A DNA stretch of 64,000 bases from assembly GCA_964187785.1 (NCBI GenBank), contig OZ076421.1, positions 52,452,001-52,516,000 of the forward strand. Reading direction: 5' to 3'. The notes under the pieces were generated by a model. It did no database searches and was not told the origin of the DNA. It saw only the letters and a list, made by a program, of their open reading frames with translations. Position numbers and translations under genes: made by a program. Each line of letters begins with the position of its first letter. The first letter of the stretch is position 1. This document shows, piece after piece, positions 48,567 to 61,900 of this stretch. The DNA comes from Amphiscolops sp. MND2022. Its lineage: Eukaryota.

Positions 48567-51500
48567 TGACATCAAGATGATCAAGAACCAATGAAAAGTC
48601 CACTTAACATAGTGGACTAGTCTTTGCTGCGGAACCAGTCTGTGCGAGTTCGAATGCGTGACGCGCTTTTGTTCTTTTTGTTCCTTTCTTCCTGAGCTTT
48701 AATTTTCATCAATCACAATATCTAGCACATAATATTATTGCTCACTACTCAGGGACAATATTTCCCGATCAAGGCTCACTTTTTAATACGTATGTAAACA
48801 TTTCTGTGAACAACCTGCATCGACTGTTTTGTTGCCATGGGGCTGTAAGTGCCATTTTTGTTACCCAAAATCAAATCAATACCCACTCCCCATATCTTGA
48901 CTTCTTATCGTTCACCTTTCATTCAAAACGTCAAAAAATGTTCATAAAAACAAATACAGTTCTTTTGCTTTGGAAGATCAATGTTTTTAAAAGCTTGAAT
49001 TCTGTTTTTGAGTTCTGAGTTCCCTTGTTCGCTCTAGTCCAAACCCTTTTCTGAGTTCCCCCGTTGTAGCTTGATAGCTACCCCGAAAATTACTGACCTC
49101 GACGTGATTTCAATAGCTGAAGGTTCAGGAGGTTCAGACGGCTCTCGTGGTGTGTGGAGTTGTCGCAACTGAATCGATCAAGAAAGGCTTGTCGCGGCCC
49201 TCCCACTAGACGGGTACCAACACTGCAGCAAGCCGGTGGACAACTCGAGGATGTCCAAAGAGCATTGGTTGAAATGGATGCACAAATTCAACAGCTCATC
49301 GAAAACAACGATGACCAAGAAGTTGATGTGAAGGATGTGGCAGATTTGTTCAATTCAGCAGAAAAAACAAGAAGGTGATGTCCGAACAAGATCAAGAATT
49401 GCGTCTTCCAAGCACCAGCTTCGCAGCGGGTCCATCAAATGGCAGTCGAACCACAAAGCTTCCCATGCTAACCTTTCTTCATTCAGCGGCGGATACACCC
49501 AATTTGTTTCTTTCTGGGACCAATATACAACACTGATTGACTGCAATGTTGACATGGCCAACGTCGAGCAGCTTTTATTCCTCAAGTGGTCACTGATGCA
49601 AACTGCAAAATTGCGAAGCGAAAAATAGAGAAGCGCTACAACAACAAGCGTGAATTTGTGAAGGCGCACCTTACTGCAATTCTTGCTCTACTAGCTGTAA
49701 AAAAGGAGCCATCAAGTGTCGAGCTGCGAGAGTTTTTCGAATTAACGAATGAACAAGTGCAAGCACTAGAAGCATTGGTGCTGCCTCTCGATCAATTGGA
49801 TGCAAAACTGGTGAGTTAGACGCTGAATCGAGGGCACAATCTGTATTGACTCATCCCGAAAAAATGTTAACAGTCAAAGAGGTAACTACCTTTATGGATA
49901 GACAAAGCCGCACATTGGAATCCAGTGGATGATTCTAGCATGATTCTTTCACTCCCATGATGACTCCTATAAAGGCACATCAAGAAGTCTACTCTCCAAT
50001 GGTTGAGCACTCCGCAAGTTTTCGGATGAAATATTGCAATGAGTTTCTTTCATCGGCGCAGTGTGATCGCTACAAGCAGTTGTGCACGCATGAGAGAAAA
50101 GTGGTCATGAGGAAGCTCAAACTGTGCACGAACTGTTTGGGGCGGCATTTCGTGGCTGACTGTCCTTCGATGTTCAGCTACCGCATATGCAACAGGAGAC
50201 ATCATACATCATTGCACGTCTCTTTGATCCACCACAGCAAAGTGGTGTAACGATTGGAGCAAGCTTAAGTGGTCCCTCAGTTCTCCTGTCAACAGCAATG
50301 GTTGGCATAGATGATAACACTGGAACGACATTGACCTTTGGACTATGGGTCCCAAACATCCTTCATCACAGCTGATGCTGCTTCAAAACTCTAGTTCTTT
50401 CAACCGTCGATGTAATGATATCTGGCAATGGTGGACGACAACAAGCAGCAAAGGAGTCAGTCAGGCTCCTAGTTTTGTAATCAAAAGTTGCCTGTTACAG
50501 TAAAAGTGTTGAACTCACTCCCAGGTAACATACCTTTTCAGTCCACCAATTTGAAGCAGTTAAAGTCAGTGAAAAGTGGGGCTACTGGAAAAAAAACTTC
50601 AATGGGCATGTCCTCGTTCAATTGTTGTAGGATGCAAATGTGTACGAAGATCCATTTCTATATGAAAGGAAGAAGGGTTATTGGCTGCTCTATCGCAAAT
50701 TGATCAACCGCCGCTCAGTGATCACTGGAGTGTTGTCTCGTGGTGACAACCAGTGTCAATCCTTCCAAAATGCAGTGGAACTGGACCTTGTTAGTTTCTG
50801 AGAAGTAGAAGAGATTCTTGGAGTGAAGCTGATATCCAATGAATATTGCCAGATTCGACAATGTCGTGTTCGATGCCATCAGCAAATCACCGCATGACAA
50901 TGCCCTGACCGATTGCCTGTTCCTTGGACCCGCGTACTAGACGATGTGTTTGACATCATCAATCGATTTTCCCTACACCAGCATGTGTTGTAGGCAGATG
51001 TGACAATGATATACCGTCAAGTGATTTTGGATTAATCCGATTGTGACCTCCATCGATTTCTAAGGAGTGATTGCTTGACAGACTTCCGTATGACTCGTAT
51101 GACTTACGGCGTTGCCAGCTGTTCAAATTTCTCAAACCAAGTGTGCGGCAAATCCATTCTTCCCGTTCGAACACTGTGAATGTCAATGGGTCGAAGATCT
51201 TACGAGTGGCGCTGATACACTGGTGTATGCATTCAAGCTTGAAGATAATTTGATTGAAAACATCAACAAGAACAAGAACTGTCTCTCATTCAGCAAGTGG
51301 AGCAGCAACGAACCGCAACTGGTCACTCGTCTCACTAAAGAGCTTCCAGAAGCTGGGTAGGCTCACAAAACTAATGATAAAACCATCATGTCAGAACCCT
51401 GGTACTGACGTGGCAATCTCCAGGGGATCACTTTGTGTATGCATGTAGTTGTGTGTATTATTCAAAATTGCAAAACGATCTTTATTCATTGATGTTTCAA

Positions 51501-53864
51501 AGCAAGCGATCCGATTGGCCTCAGAGCCACAATTCTCGTAGTAGCCATCATTCAGCAGGGTTAGAAACTGAACCCCGAGAGGAATGATGCAGTTCTAAAT
51601 GAAGGGTCACGGGAAGAAACAAAGTTGAAAAATTTAATCGCTCGCTCTCATAACTCAAAGTATCCCGAAAGGTACTACCAACACATATTTACGATGAAGC
51701 TTTCCTTCGAAAACCCAAGGTGCTTAAGTCTGTTTTGTGTCAGTCAAAGTGACATCTTTTCCCCATTCCTCAATTCCTTCAAATGCTAAGTTGCTCCAAT
51801 CAAACCTTCAACTCTTCCTCCTCGCGAGCTGTTGCCAATCTGGATGCCAACCTTGCAATAGATGTCAAGGTATCACTATTCAAATTGAACTACGCCTCGG
51901 ATATTTCTGTGTTGTAATCTGACTCAACAATCGCCCTCTCATGAATCAAGGCACACAGATTGTTTCAGACAAAGCGACCAAATTCGTGGGTGCAAGGCGT
52001 GATCTCATCGTCTCATCGAACTGGAGTAAGTTGTTCACACAGGCGCACAAACATGCAGCAGAATCTAATGACTCATCATTCCTGCACCTCGCTCAAAAAA
52101 CTTCGGCGGACTATGGAAAGCAGCGCTGAACTAGATGAAACACCACTTGCGAAGGGTCTTGGCGGTTTCGATTCTCCCGTATGAAGAGATGACTACAATA
52201 CGGTGCCGAAAGGAACAATTTCTGAACAATCCTCCACTGATGGCGCGAACAACCCAGCCGATTGGATGCCTTTCCACAACCACGTTCGCAAAAGAAGATT
52301 CCCATTGCAGTGAAAAGATTCCGCGCTCTTCAACAGCTACTCTCTCAGTTCTGGAAGCGACGGTCTTCTGAGCTCGAAGCATCCCTTCCAACCTCGAGGC
52401 AAAATGCGACAACAACGAGCAAATCTTTCAGTTGATGACGTGTTGCTGGTCACAGACAACTCTTTACCTCCACAGCACTAGAGCATTAGTCGCGTAGTGC
52501 AAGTGAAACTAGGCAACGATGGTATAACTCGTCTAGCAGTGGCGAAGTCATTATTCCTAACTGGTAGACGTCTCAGTTTGCTGATAAGCCTTGTGAATTC
52601 ACCACGCGATGATTGAATTCACCAAGCCGGAGTGCTCGAACCTGGCAGCTCACAATGGGTCCTGTTAAGCACTGTACCACGCCATGCAGTTTCATTGTCG
52701 TTCCTTCTGCTAATTTTTGTGTGCATGGAATCATTTGCAGTGGGGTGGTCAATATTCCTAGCTGGTAGACGTCTCAGTTTGCTGATAAGCCTAGTGAATT
52801 CTCCACGCGATGATTGAATTCACCAAGCCGGAGTGCTCGAACCTGGCAGCTCACAATGGGTCCTGTTAAGCACTGTACCACGCCATGCAGTTTCATTGTC
52901 GTTCCTTCTGCTACTTTTTGTGTGCATGAAATCATTTGCAGGGGGGTGGTCATTATTCCTAGCTGGTAGACGTCTCAGTTTGCTGATAAGCCTTGTGAAT
53001 TCACCACGCGATGGGTTGACTAAAAAGGTTGGATTGAAACTGCATGGCGTGGTACAGTGCTTAACAGGACCCATTGTGAGCTGCCAGGTTCGAGCACTCC
53101 GGCTCGTACAATCCAATTTGCTAATGAAACTTTTCTCAGATCTGGTTTTCTTCCTCACGAGGGATGAAGGGAGGAAGCTTAGTGCTTGAAGAGAAAGAGG
53201 TAAACCAGCCAACTTTTTACATTCTTTCTTGCAGCCGTACGCACCCAACACGAATACTCAAAGGAATTTCAACTCCCGTTATGTAAGATGATGGTGCAGT
53301 GATAGCATCGATTGAACCCTCATTAAAAGGTCTGGAGTTCGAACCCTGAAATGAAGGGTGTTTTCGTCTTACCTAAAACATAAAACTCATGTTGCAAACA
53401 GTAGTTCATACCTTATTCGTATTTCTTGTACTAATCATAAGTTGAATAAAGTGGACAGTTTATGATATCAAGATGATCAAGTTGTGAGTAAAATTCTACT
53501 TAGCACAGTGGACCAGTCTTTGCTTTCGAAACAGTCTGCGCCAGTTCAAACCTAAAGCCTTTTGTTCTATTTGTTTCTTTATTCCCGAGTTCTAATTTTG
53601 ATCCATCGCAGTAGCTGACACTTGTTACTATTGCTTAATTATCTTATATTTTATCTATCGATCAGTGCTCACATTTGCAAACGTATATATAGCTTTCTGT
53701 AAGAAAACCCGCATCAATCGTTTTGCTGCCCTTGGGCTGTAAGTGCGTACATTTTACCTAAAATTTAGGCAATAACCAGTCCATATCTTAACTTTTTGTC
53801 ATTTATCTTTTTTCATATTGTCAACAAACGTTATCAAATACAGCCCTCTTGCTTTGAGACAACA
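48567..53864 (+). mobile_element. decayed BEL/Pao element with diverged LTR-like direct repeats (48567-48980 and 53463-53864)
   Basis: Gag LSSFSGGYTQFVSFWDQY (DUF1759-like); Cys/His cluster CTNCLGRHFVADC..ICNRRHHTSLH; RT remnants at 50900-51250; IN SDKATKFVGA. The flanking repeats both start TGA(C/T)ATCAAGATGATCAAG. No TSD recognised. Confidence 0.8.
52547..53104. repeat. 2.3 copies of a 201-bp tandem repeat followed by a 70-bp inverted copy (53035-53104)
   Basis: Units start at 52547, 52748 and 52949. 53035-53104 is the reverse complement of ~52825-52894 and ~52624-52693. Confidence 0.92.
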
Positions 53865-55100
53865 TCCAAAACGTTAGTAGCTTGGACTCCAACTTTGAGC
53901 TACGTCATTTCCTCCTTGTTCAAAACGTTGAGATCTCCCGCTGTGGCCTAGTATGAACTTCGAAACAGTTGAAATTTATCCCATGGACGGCAAATTGAGT
54001 CCACGTTCCATGAACGTTCAACGTTGCCAGATTTGATGAGATCCAGGAATGGCTACAAACAGCCTTGTGCTTGGACGTTTCAACTTTTTTCGTTCGTGTG
54101 AATTTCAAATTCTAATTACTTGATCTTCCGTTTTCTTTTGAAGTTCCACTACAACTTGATGTGTCAGTTCAGCTTCAGTTCACATTAGATACTAAAACTC
54201 TGTTTGCTTTGTGCAAGAAGACGAAGGTATCATGTTAACTCCCGCCTCCATCCTTCGTACACTTGTCGGGTTGCGGGTGCTAGCGGAATGTTTGATTTTG
54301 GTAGAAGCATGAAAAGCAAAGCTTATTGTCGACTCTAAGTTTTGCTCTCTCTCGCTTTGAGAGTATATTTCCTCTGAAGGCTGGACACCTCGACAAAGGA
54401 TGTTTTTCTTTACATGCGACACAAGCGTTGTGCGGTTTGTCACTCTTTTGGCACCTTGCTGGCAAGAAGTCGTTGCGCCGAAAAGTTTTGAAGCAGTCCT
54501 GGTCTTACAGTCATCTTACTTCATGTCCTCGTGCGCTCCGGCTGCATCTTTGAGCCAATCAATAGAATCAATGAGTGTCGATCTGTTCGAAATTCGCCCC
54601 ACTGCATGCGGGAAAGATGCTTCTTTCATACTTGGCGAACACTATTGAACGGCTCGTCCAAGCAATGGTAAACTCGACTGATGTTAGAAGTACCCTACAG
54701 ACTAAGCCAACTTTTCCAGGTATGGTATGAAGTTATTAGAGCTTGCGCTGACCAAAATTCTGTTCTAGAGTCCTCGGGGCGTCTCTCTACATCGTTCCGC
54801 AATAGACAAATTCAGCGCTATCAGTCTTTGCTTTGCATGTAACCTAAGAGCCTTGCGGTATGCTAGCTTTACATCGTCGGTGAGTGGGGCCGGGTAAATA
54901 GCCTTTCTAAATTGGCCGAACCATTCATGTCACTTAATCGGGTCACCATTATATTGAGCTAGTTTCCACTCTGGAAATGGTCTTCCGTTCTTCAAGGTAG
55001 CAAGAACGAAAGGAGTTGTTTCACCACGCCGGAAGTCAAAAGATTCGTCAGTCAAACAATTAATTGTTACATTAAGAAGGCTTCCGGGTAGAAGCTGGTG
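53865..55100 (-). mobile_element. decayed BEL/Pao gag-protease part, probably the 5' half of the element at 45760-48566
   Basis: CVACKEKHPLSRCPAF..KLCFSC knuckle at 54280-54465 and DUF1759-like LAQYNGDPIK.HEWFGQF near 54900-55000. Confidence 0.75.
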
Positions 55101-58100
55101 TTTTCTCAAGACTTCAAGTGGCTTCCGATCAGCTCTTCACAGTTCATGACTGCAAAAACCATACCACACCAACTTTACTTCAAGCCAGTGGAGGCCATGT
55201 ACGGACAGTGGCCTGGTATCTGCAGAACGGTATGCGATCTTGGCAACCACCTGCTTAGAGTTGAGCTGGTATAGTGTGGTTGTTACAAAGTTCGGAAATT
55301 TGAACAGTTGTACAAAAACAACTTCAAGTCTCAAAAACAGTATCAACTTCTACTCAGAAGCGTTCGTGAATGACACAACTTTTTTGACGACGTCGGTTGA
55401 CTTCTGTCCAGTAGCCACAGGAGCTATATTTCAATGATGTCAGTGAGTGTGACGAGAATCAGTCGGCGATGCATTGGATTAGACCCAAGCCGTCAGTGTA
55501 AGACGGTTTAAAACTGCCAGTGTTGTCATATCAAAACAATTTCGTTACCTCAGTGATTCAATCGTTCAGTTCGAATCAGTGTTTAGTATCTAGCTGAAGA
55601 ACAAATCACTCCGGCCGCAATGCCAGCTTGAATTATTCTTTTTTTCACAACGTTACTGACTCAAGTTCTACCAAATGAGCACAAGGTTCTAACAGAAAGA
55701 GTCCAATAAGTTGCGATGCCTAAAGTTGGGTCAAATCGAACAGTTTTGAAGTGAGAGTTTAGAAAAAAGGGGTTGTTTTCAAGGTAGCGTTCTAAAGAAC
55801 ACGTTCAAACTAGTTGCTAACTAAACTGATATATATGTTTCAGAAATGTCGACTTCAGCTTAAATGCCCCAGTAGCAAAGTTTCAGAATTATAAATTTTC
55901 AACCAGATTCAGCAAAATTCAACTAGCAAGGCAGCCACGTTCTCGGCCACTTTGTTGAAGTCTTCATCTACTCTTTATTCAAGTTAACTTTCACACCAGT
56001 GTTCAGTGGTTGCGAGAAGAAACATTGATCGTCAGTTTTCTCCGTTTTGCCTAAACATGACCACAAAAGCAGCAGCAATTCGCGTTCATCTCAACAGAAA
56101 ACCCCAGCACTCCCTGTTTGACCACTGAAACTGTGAAGTGTAAATGTTGTAAACAATTCAGATGGGACTCAAATAAAGCTGCTGGGCGAAACCCTCAGAG
56201 GCCCCTGGGACTATTTGCTTTCAATTTGCTTTCGAACTTTCAATCCTCAGTTTTCATTCAATGAGAAAAACGCTACTCCTTCCGATCTTCCTTTTTTCCA
56301 AACTCAGCCGGCTTGTGCTCATCCGGCAACCAGTCCGCGCCCATCGACGCAAGATTTTGCTTATTACGTATTAGTACAATTGGTTGTTTGCTTGCAGTTG
56401 TTTGGCACTGAGTCCTGGTGTAGTGGACTCAGTGATGCAATACATCATTTGTGATTATCTGACGGGGGGCGAAAACATAAAATAACAATCACCCTTAAAA
56501 CATTCAGTTTCGGTGGATTCACAATGTTCGCAGCAATCAACGTTGTGATTTTACTGGATTTGGTAAGTTTTCACCAACTGCTGAATGACCACAACGGCGA
56601 AGTTTTCTGCAAATCAAAATTTTCAAAGAGGGGAAGCTGGGAACCAAACAATTCGACGACACTTTTTGTGTCTGCTGGGTTTTTCTGACTTTTTAAGACA
56701 GTTCACAGAGATGAAATTAACCTTGTTTTTGACAGCAATCAAATCACAATTTCTCTAATTATCAGAAGACTCCACCAGTTTACTGCCGCGCTCACGTGTG
56801 CTGCACAAAAGAAAAAAATATATAATCCATTGATAACTTGGTATGAAATAGTACCAAACACTTGAAACATTCAAAACGTTGTTGAAAGAGGCTTTATAGC
56901 ACAAACACAACTTTGTTGCAGTTAATCAAGTGAACATCCACAAATGATGATAAGAAAAATCTCTTCAGCTCCTGAGATCAATCGCTTGATCATCTCGGAT
57001 TATGTTTTGTGTCTCTAAAAATGATTTCAACTCCAATTTTTTTACTTCACGGATTGCACGTAAAATTGTTGGTTCCATTAATGTTCGATGCCTGGTGACA
57101 CTACTCTTCTCTTCACAACATATACCACAAACAGTGGTCAATATCTTAATTGATTCAAGTTTGGGTAGAAGATTGGGAAGTTTTTGAAGCCCTTTCTGCA
57201 GTGGTTACCAATCAGGAGATGAGATTTTTCCCTGCCGCGCCTAATTGGTCACATTTCAACAAGGTCATCAAAAGTGTCCTTCGCCAGAACCTGAACCAAT
57301 TTCCGAGCAATTGGTACCTGTTGGTTGTTTGCCAAAGAACTAAAAACCTGTATAGTACAACTCACTTACAACGTCAGATTGTTACATTTTGCAGTATATT
57401 GCATCAATGATAATGGTCACAACTGCTACAAGTGATTGCCCAATGTTAGAACCAAAACGGGTGTAGCTTTTTCGCAAGTCACTTTCGGTTTTGACCTTGT
57501 CGAAATAACTTTGGTGAAGACTCTACCGATTTACGTGTCTGAGAAACTCAGGTGTTTTCCCGGTAAACACAGGACAAATATTTGTTTCAGTCGATTCAGG
57601 TTCATTATTTGCGTGTTTACTGCATAACTTCGTTCAACAGCGTTTGTCGTCGAAAAGTGTAAGATAAAAAAAACCGTTTCCAGTTGAGTCAGTGGTTTTT
57701 CATCATATCTCAGAGACATATGCGACATAGAAAACGCCGATTTTTTCAGTTATCACTGTGATGATTTATACTATTAGGTTTGATTAAGAACTTCAATGTT
57801 CAACTTGTCTTGGAAGTTTCTCTGAGTTGATAGTTTCAGTATAAATATAACTCATATCGTTGAATAAACTCCCCAGATTTTTCCAGTGAACGAGATTGCG
57901 GTTAGTTGCGGAAAGGGAGCAGTGAAATTCTAAATAGAACGAAAGCAAAGATCGAAACTTCGTAAGATCGGAACTTAGTACTTTCTTCCCGGTGAGAAAA
58001 GTTTTAGTTTGGATCTAAGATCGAAAATCGATCGCAACTTGTAAGATTTATACTCAAGCCACAATCCTAGTGATGTAAATTGTTTAGTTCTGATTAACTT

Positions 58101-58794
58101 CAAATGGAAATGTTCAATATGGAAAGAAACAAAGACTTTCGGATGTGAAGTCTGTGCGTTCGGATACGACATCGACATGCTTCCAAGTGCACCTTCAGAT
58201 CTCTTTTCGGCCCTATAGCTTTTTATTTTCTGTGAAAAAGAAGTCAGTGCAAAATTTATTATCAAACATAGCAGTTTTATGCTTTTCGTTAGTTACAGAT
58301 GTGCATCGAAAATCATTACCAATTGGATTTCTCTGCATGCGTGTCAAAGTCTCGAAAACTTGTTTTTCCGTCGCGGAACGCCACATTTCGTTGACTTACC
58401 AAACAATTCAACCCGGGACATTTTTGTGGATACCAATCTAGATTAAAATGAAACTGAGTTTTATCGTCTATGACGGAATAATTTTGGTTGGGAGCCCGAA
58501 AAGTGAACTAAGTTTCTGGCTTAGAATAGTTTTTCTATAAGGAACTATCGACATCATCGAACCCCGCTGCTTTTTACTACTAGCGTTTTATGTTTCAAGG
58601 TAAGATCAGATACTAAAACTTGCAGTGGATCAAAAAAGTCGTGATTTTTTCAAACCTCTTGGTGCAACATTTTGGTTGTGCCAAAAGAACAGTTTTCATG
58701 AAAAACCAACAAAATTATCTGATCAGTTTTTGATTAATTGGTTTGAGGGTGCGAATCAACTGTAACTTCAAGATATTGGAGAATTTTCACTTAC

Positions 58795-59917
58795 TTCTGA
58801 TGTCTTTAACTTCAACTGCGATTCCATCCAGAGCCTCGGCCAGATTCCTTGTCAAATTGCGACATTTAGGGTTTCCATGGCAAACGAGAATTTTCTGACT
58901 GCTGTTATCGTTCTTGATGGTAGAGTTCCCCTCCTTCATTGTCGCTTCAGCATTTTCATCAACCTCTAGTAGCGATTGCGACATTTTAGCTAGATGAACG
59001 AGAAGTATCGTTTTCCCAGTACCTTTCCCGCCGGTGACTAGTAGCCGTAAGCCTTCTCCATTCGTCGATTCTGTCGTTAAGTGTTTGTACACTTCTGCAA
59101 TTACGCTCATTTGATCTTTAGTCCAGAGAATGAAGGCGTTTCTTTTCGGTAACTCTTTTTTTGAGTTTTCCGCAACAATGTTTCCAAGAACGTCGTTGTT
59201 TTCTTGATTCTTTAGTTGGCTAGCTAAATGCTTCGATTTCGAAACTGATTGAAGGAGTCCCTTTTTCAGTTTATCAGCAATGAGTACAGCCGCGCCCTCT
59301 ATCGATGTCAAAGCTATTAATTGCGCAATCAGAATGTCGAAAGAAACTTCCCACTCCACGTCTCTGATTGCGGCTAGCTTGTCATACCATTTCTGGAGGA
59401 AGATATTTTCTTTGAGTTCATATTTGTTGAACACTAAAGTGTCTCCATACACAGGTTGCATTTTCTCTTTCAGACCAGTATATCTCGATGAAGTGGGATT
59501 TGCAAAATCACAGACAACTGAATAAAGAGGAATACGTTTCTTAAGCGAAACTGGTTGGAAATTTTCCAACATCCGAAGAAATTTCCCATGTTTTTCTGAC
59601 TCTGTTTGAATTGATTGTACTGAGGGCCCGCGGTTTTTGTTTTTGACGTTAAAAACGAACAAACCTTTGTGTGGATGAGCTAAAATCATGTCAATTTCAA
59701 CTCTGGCTCCTTGCGTTTTGAAGATATGGCTACTGTCAAAGTTGGGAAAAATTAGAATTCCCGGTTGACTTTCGGAGAAAGCATTGACAAAGAAACTGTA
59801 TAGCTTTTTTTCTACTTCTTCACCTCCCAGAGTGTACTTGAAACGGGCCATGTTTCTTATTCCCCCAAGTGGCCGCGGGGGGAAGTAAGACACAAGGTTC
59901 AAATACCATTATATGCG
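58795..59917 (-). CDS. middle exon of the NERD-like + SF1 helicase gene
   Basis: NERD-like EIDMILAHPHKGLFVFNVKN, Q motif WTKDQ and Walker A GGKGTGKT. Donor A|GTAAGT at 58794 is in phase with the acceptor at 37012. An in-frame TAA lies at 59909-59911. Confidence 0.75.
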
Positions 59918-60170
59918 CTGAAATTTTGGTGCAATAAAATGAATAGTGTCAACATAATCCTATCTTTTATATTGACTGTCAGTTACAAGTTGCTCATTAG
60001 ATTTCACTGCCAGTTACTAAAGACCTTCTTATACGACTTTAGCGTGCTATTGTGGACACCAATATGTAAAAATTAGGGGCATTTTTTTCTCGAAGTGTCA
60101 AAAAGCTGTTGAGGCCATCCTCCAAGAATTAACTTACAAATAATGTAACAAGTACCCAAACAAGGTGTAC

Positions 60171-60437
60171 CTGAGGTAATAAGAAACATGGTCCCTTAAT
60201 TTTTTTCTGCAAATCGTTTTCTAATTGTGAATCGTCCAGAAACAGTTTTGGAATTCGTGCAACTGGGGCAGATGAAACGTTGTTCTTCTCCTTCCAACGC
60301 GGGTACTGCTTTTGGGCCCAATCCAGAAGAACTTCATTGGCTGAAAAAGGAATTGTCTGGTTGCCAGGCTTCATGAATTTGAAACTATCCAGTTCATTGT
60401 GGAATGTTTCTTCGATTCCACTTCCGGCAAAAGCCAT
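60171..60437 (-). CDS. putative first coding exon of the NERD-like + helicase gene
   Basis: ATG at 60437, 89 codons, donor CAG|GTACAC at 60170. Phase 0 matches the acceptor at 59918. Confidence 0.5.
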
Positions 60438-61149
60438 GAAAGTAATTGGATATACTTGGTTCTGTGTCCGAGGATAATAAACAATATGAAAATTTTTTTC
60501 AACTCGTCCACTTGAGCTGAATATTTTTTGTGTTTTTTGGTATATTTTTTGGTGTCAGCCAAGTGAAATGAATGTTTTGTGCGCAGTAACATACAAAATT
60601 ACTTGTTGTTGTAATCCAAAAGATGGAACTTATTTGTTGAATGCAAAAAAAAACAGAAGAAAACTAGAAATAAAAGAGCAATTTTTTTCTTGTAGTAACA
60701 TCTATAAAATGAAAAGGCAAAAATATACAATTGAAAATACAGTCTTTCACGTGTCTGGAAGCACGCGATTAAATTGTCAGTCGTTTTGTCTGTTTTTCAA
60801 CTTTGATTGATTGAATAACTTTGAATAGCAAACACGTTGAATAACTTTCTGAGTTTGAAGACGTTTTTGTGCTACTTTTTGTGTGAATTTAAAAAAAAAT
60901 GACTGTTGCAGCATTTGAGCATTTATGTCTTTACACCATGTCTCATGTTTCATTTATATGACGTAATAGTTGTCTTTGTTCAACGATGAAATCGAAAGAA
61001 AGATATAAAACCAATTAGTTTTTTGAGATATTATAAAAGCACTTTGAAAGACTACTTACAGAACTTGAGTGTCAGGTCTGTTCGAAGAATAACTGAGTTG
61101 GGTGAAAGTGAATTTCTCTTCTCGGGTAAACAATTCAGAAGGGATGAAA

Positions 61150-61900
61150 ATTTATAAGGTACGAGAATACATTTGGTTGGTTATCCTATGTCTACACAAC
61201 GTCTTAACTGTAGAGGTTGATATTATTGGTCATCCCAGTTTACTAAAAGTACATTCATATCGTTTAATCATCTGTATAGTCCGACAGAGTTTTAGCAAAA
61301 AAAAACACGTTAACATCGGTATTATGTTATGAACAGCTTTAAGAACTTGAGGTGGGTAAAGTTCGGAAGTGGGTTTCAAGTAGAAATCGAATAATAACGG
61401 CGTGAGCTTTGAAAACAAGAGTCAGCTGCACAAAAATCATTCTCAAGATGTTCTTATTGTCCGCTTTTCGAAAATAGGCACTGAACCAGAAACTACGTGA
61501 AGGTAAAGTTTGGAACATTTCAAGTCTACTACACGGTCCACATTGTTCTGAAGTTGCATTCTATAGATACGTTGTCTACCTTCGACGGAAGATTTTCTAT
61601 TAGCCTAAGTATTTCTCTTTGGCTGTGTTTCGTATCTCGTTGGCGTTCAGAAATTCAGTCTTCGATTTTACTGGATATCTCCTCAAAATTTTGTTCACAC
61701 AAGCGAGCACTTTCATCAACTATGCAACTAGTTGCCTCGGCTTTCTGGGAAGTCTTTGTTTGAACTAAGCACATTAACATGATGGGTATTGTATGTATCT
61801 GACATACGTATAAATAGTTAGATTTTAGTTTGTTTGCATCATGGCTCGTCATTTTTCTCTTATGACACTTCGTCGTGTTTCCTTCCACACAACCCAGGGG
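61150..61900 (-). mobile_element. possible decayed non-LTR (LINE) RT fragment
   Basis: Only a weak SVPIFEK (VPIFKK-like) motif among many stops. Confidence 0.25.

Noticed and set aside
53289-53350. tRNA-like stretch (GATGGTGCAGTGATAGCA..GAGTTCGAACCC)
   Set aside because: Only A/B-box-like remnants with no cloverleaf; at most a decayed SINE head.
34834-59902. Bacterial contamination explaining the NERD-helicase
   Set aside because: It has in-phase spliceosomal introns and is embedded among metazoan TEs.
59846-60195. 17-bp imperfect inverted repeat (GGG(A)CCATGTTTCTTATT) at ~59846 and ~60178
   Set aside because: Short, lies within coding exons with a consistent reading frame, and is plausibly coincidental.
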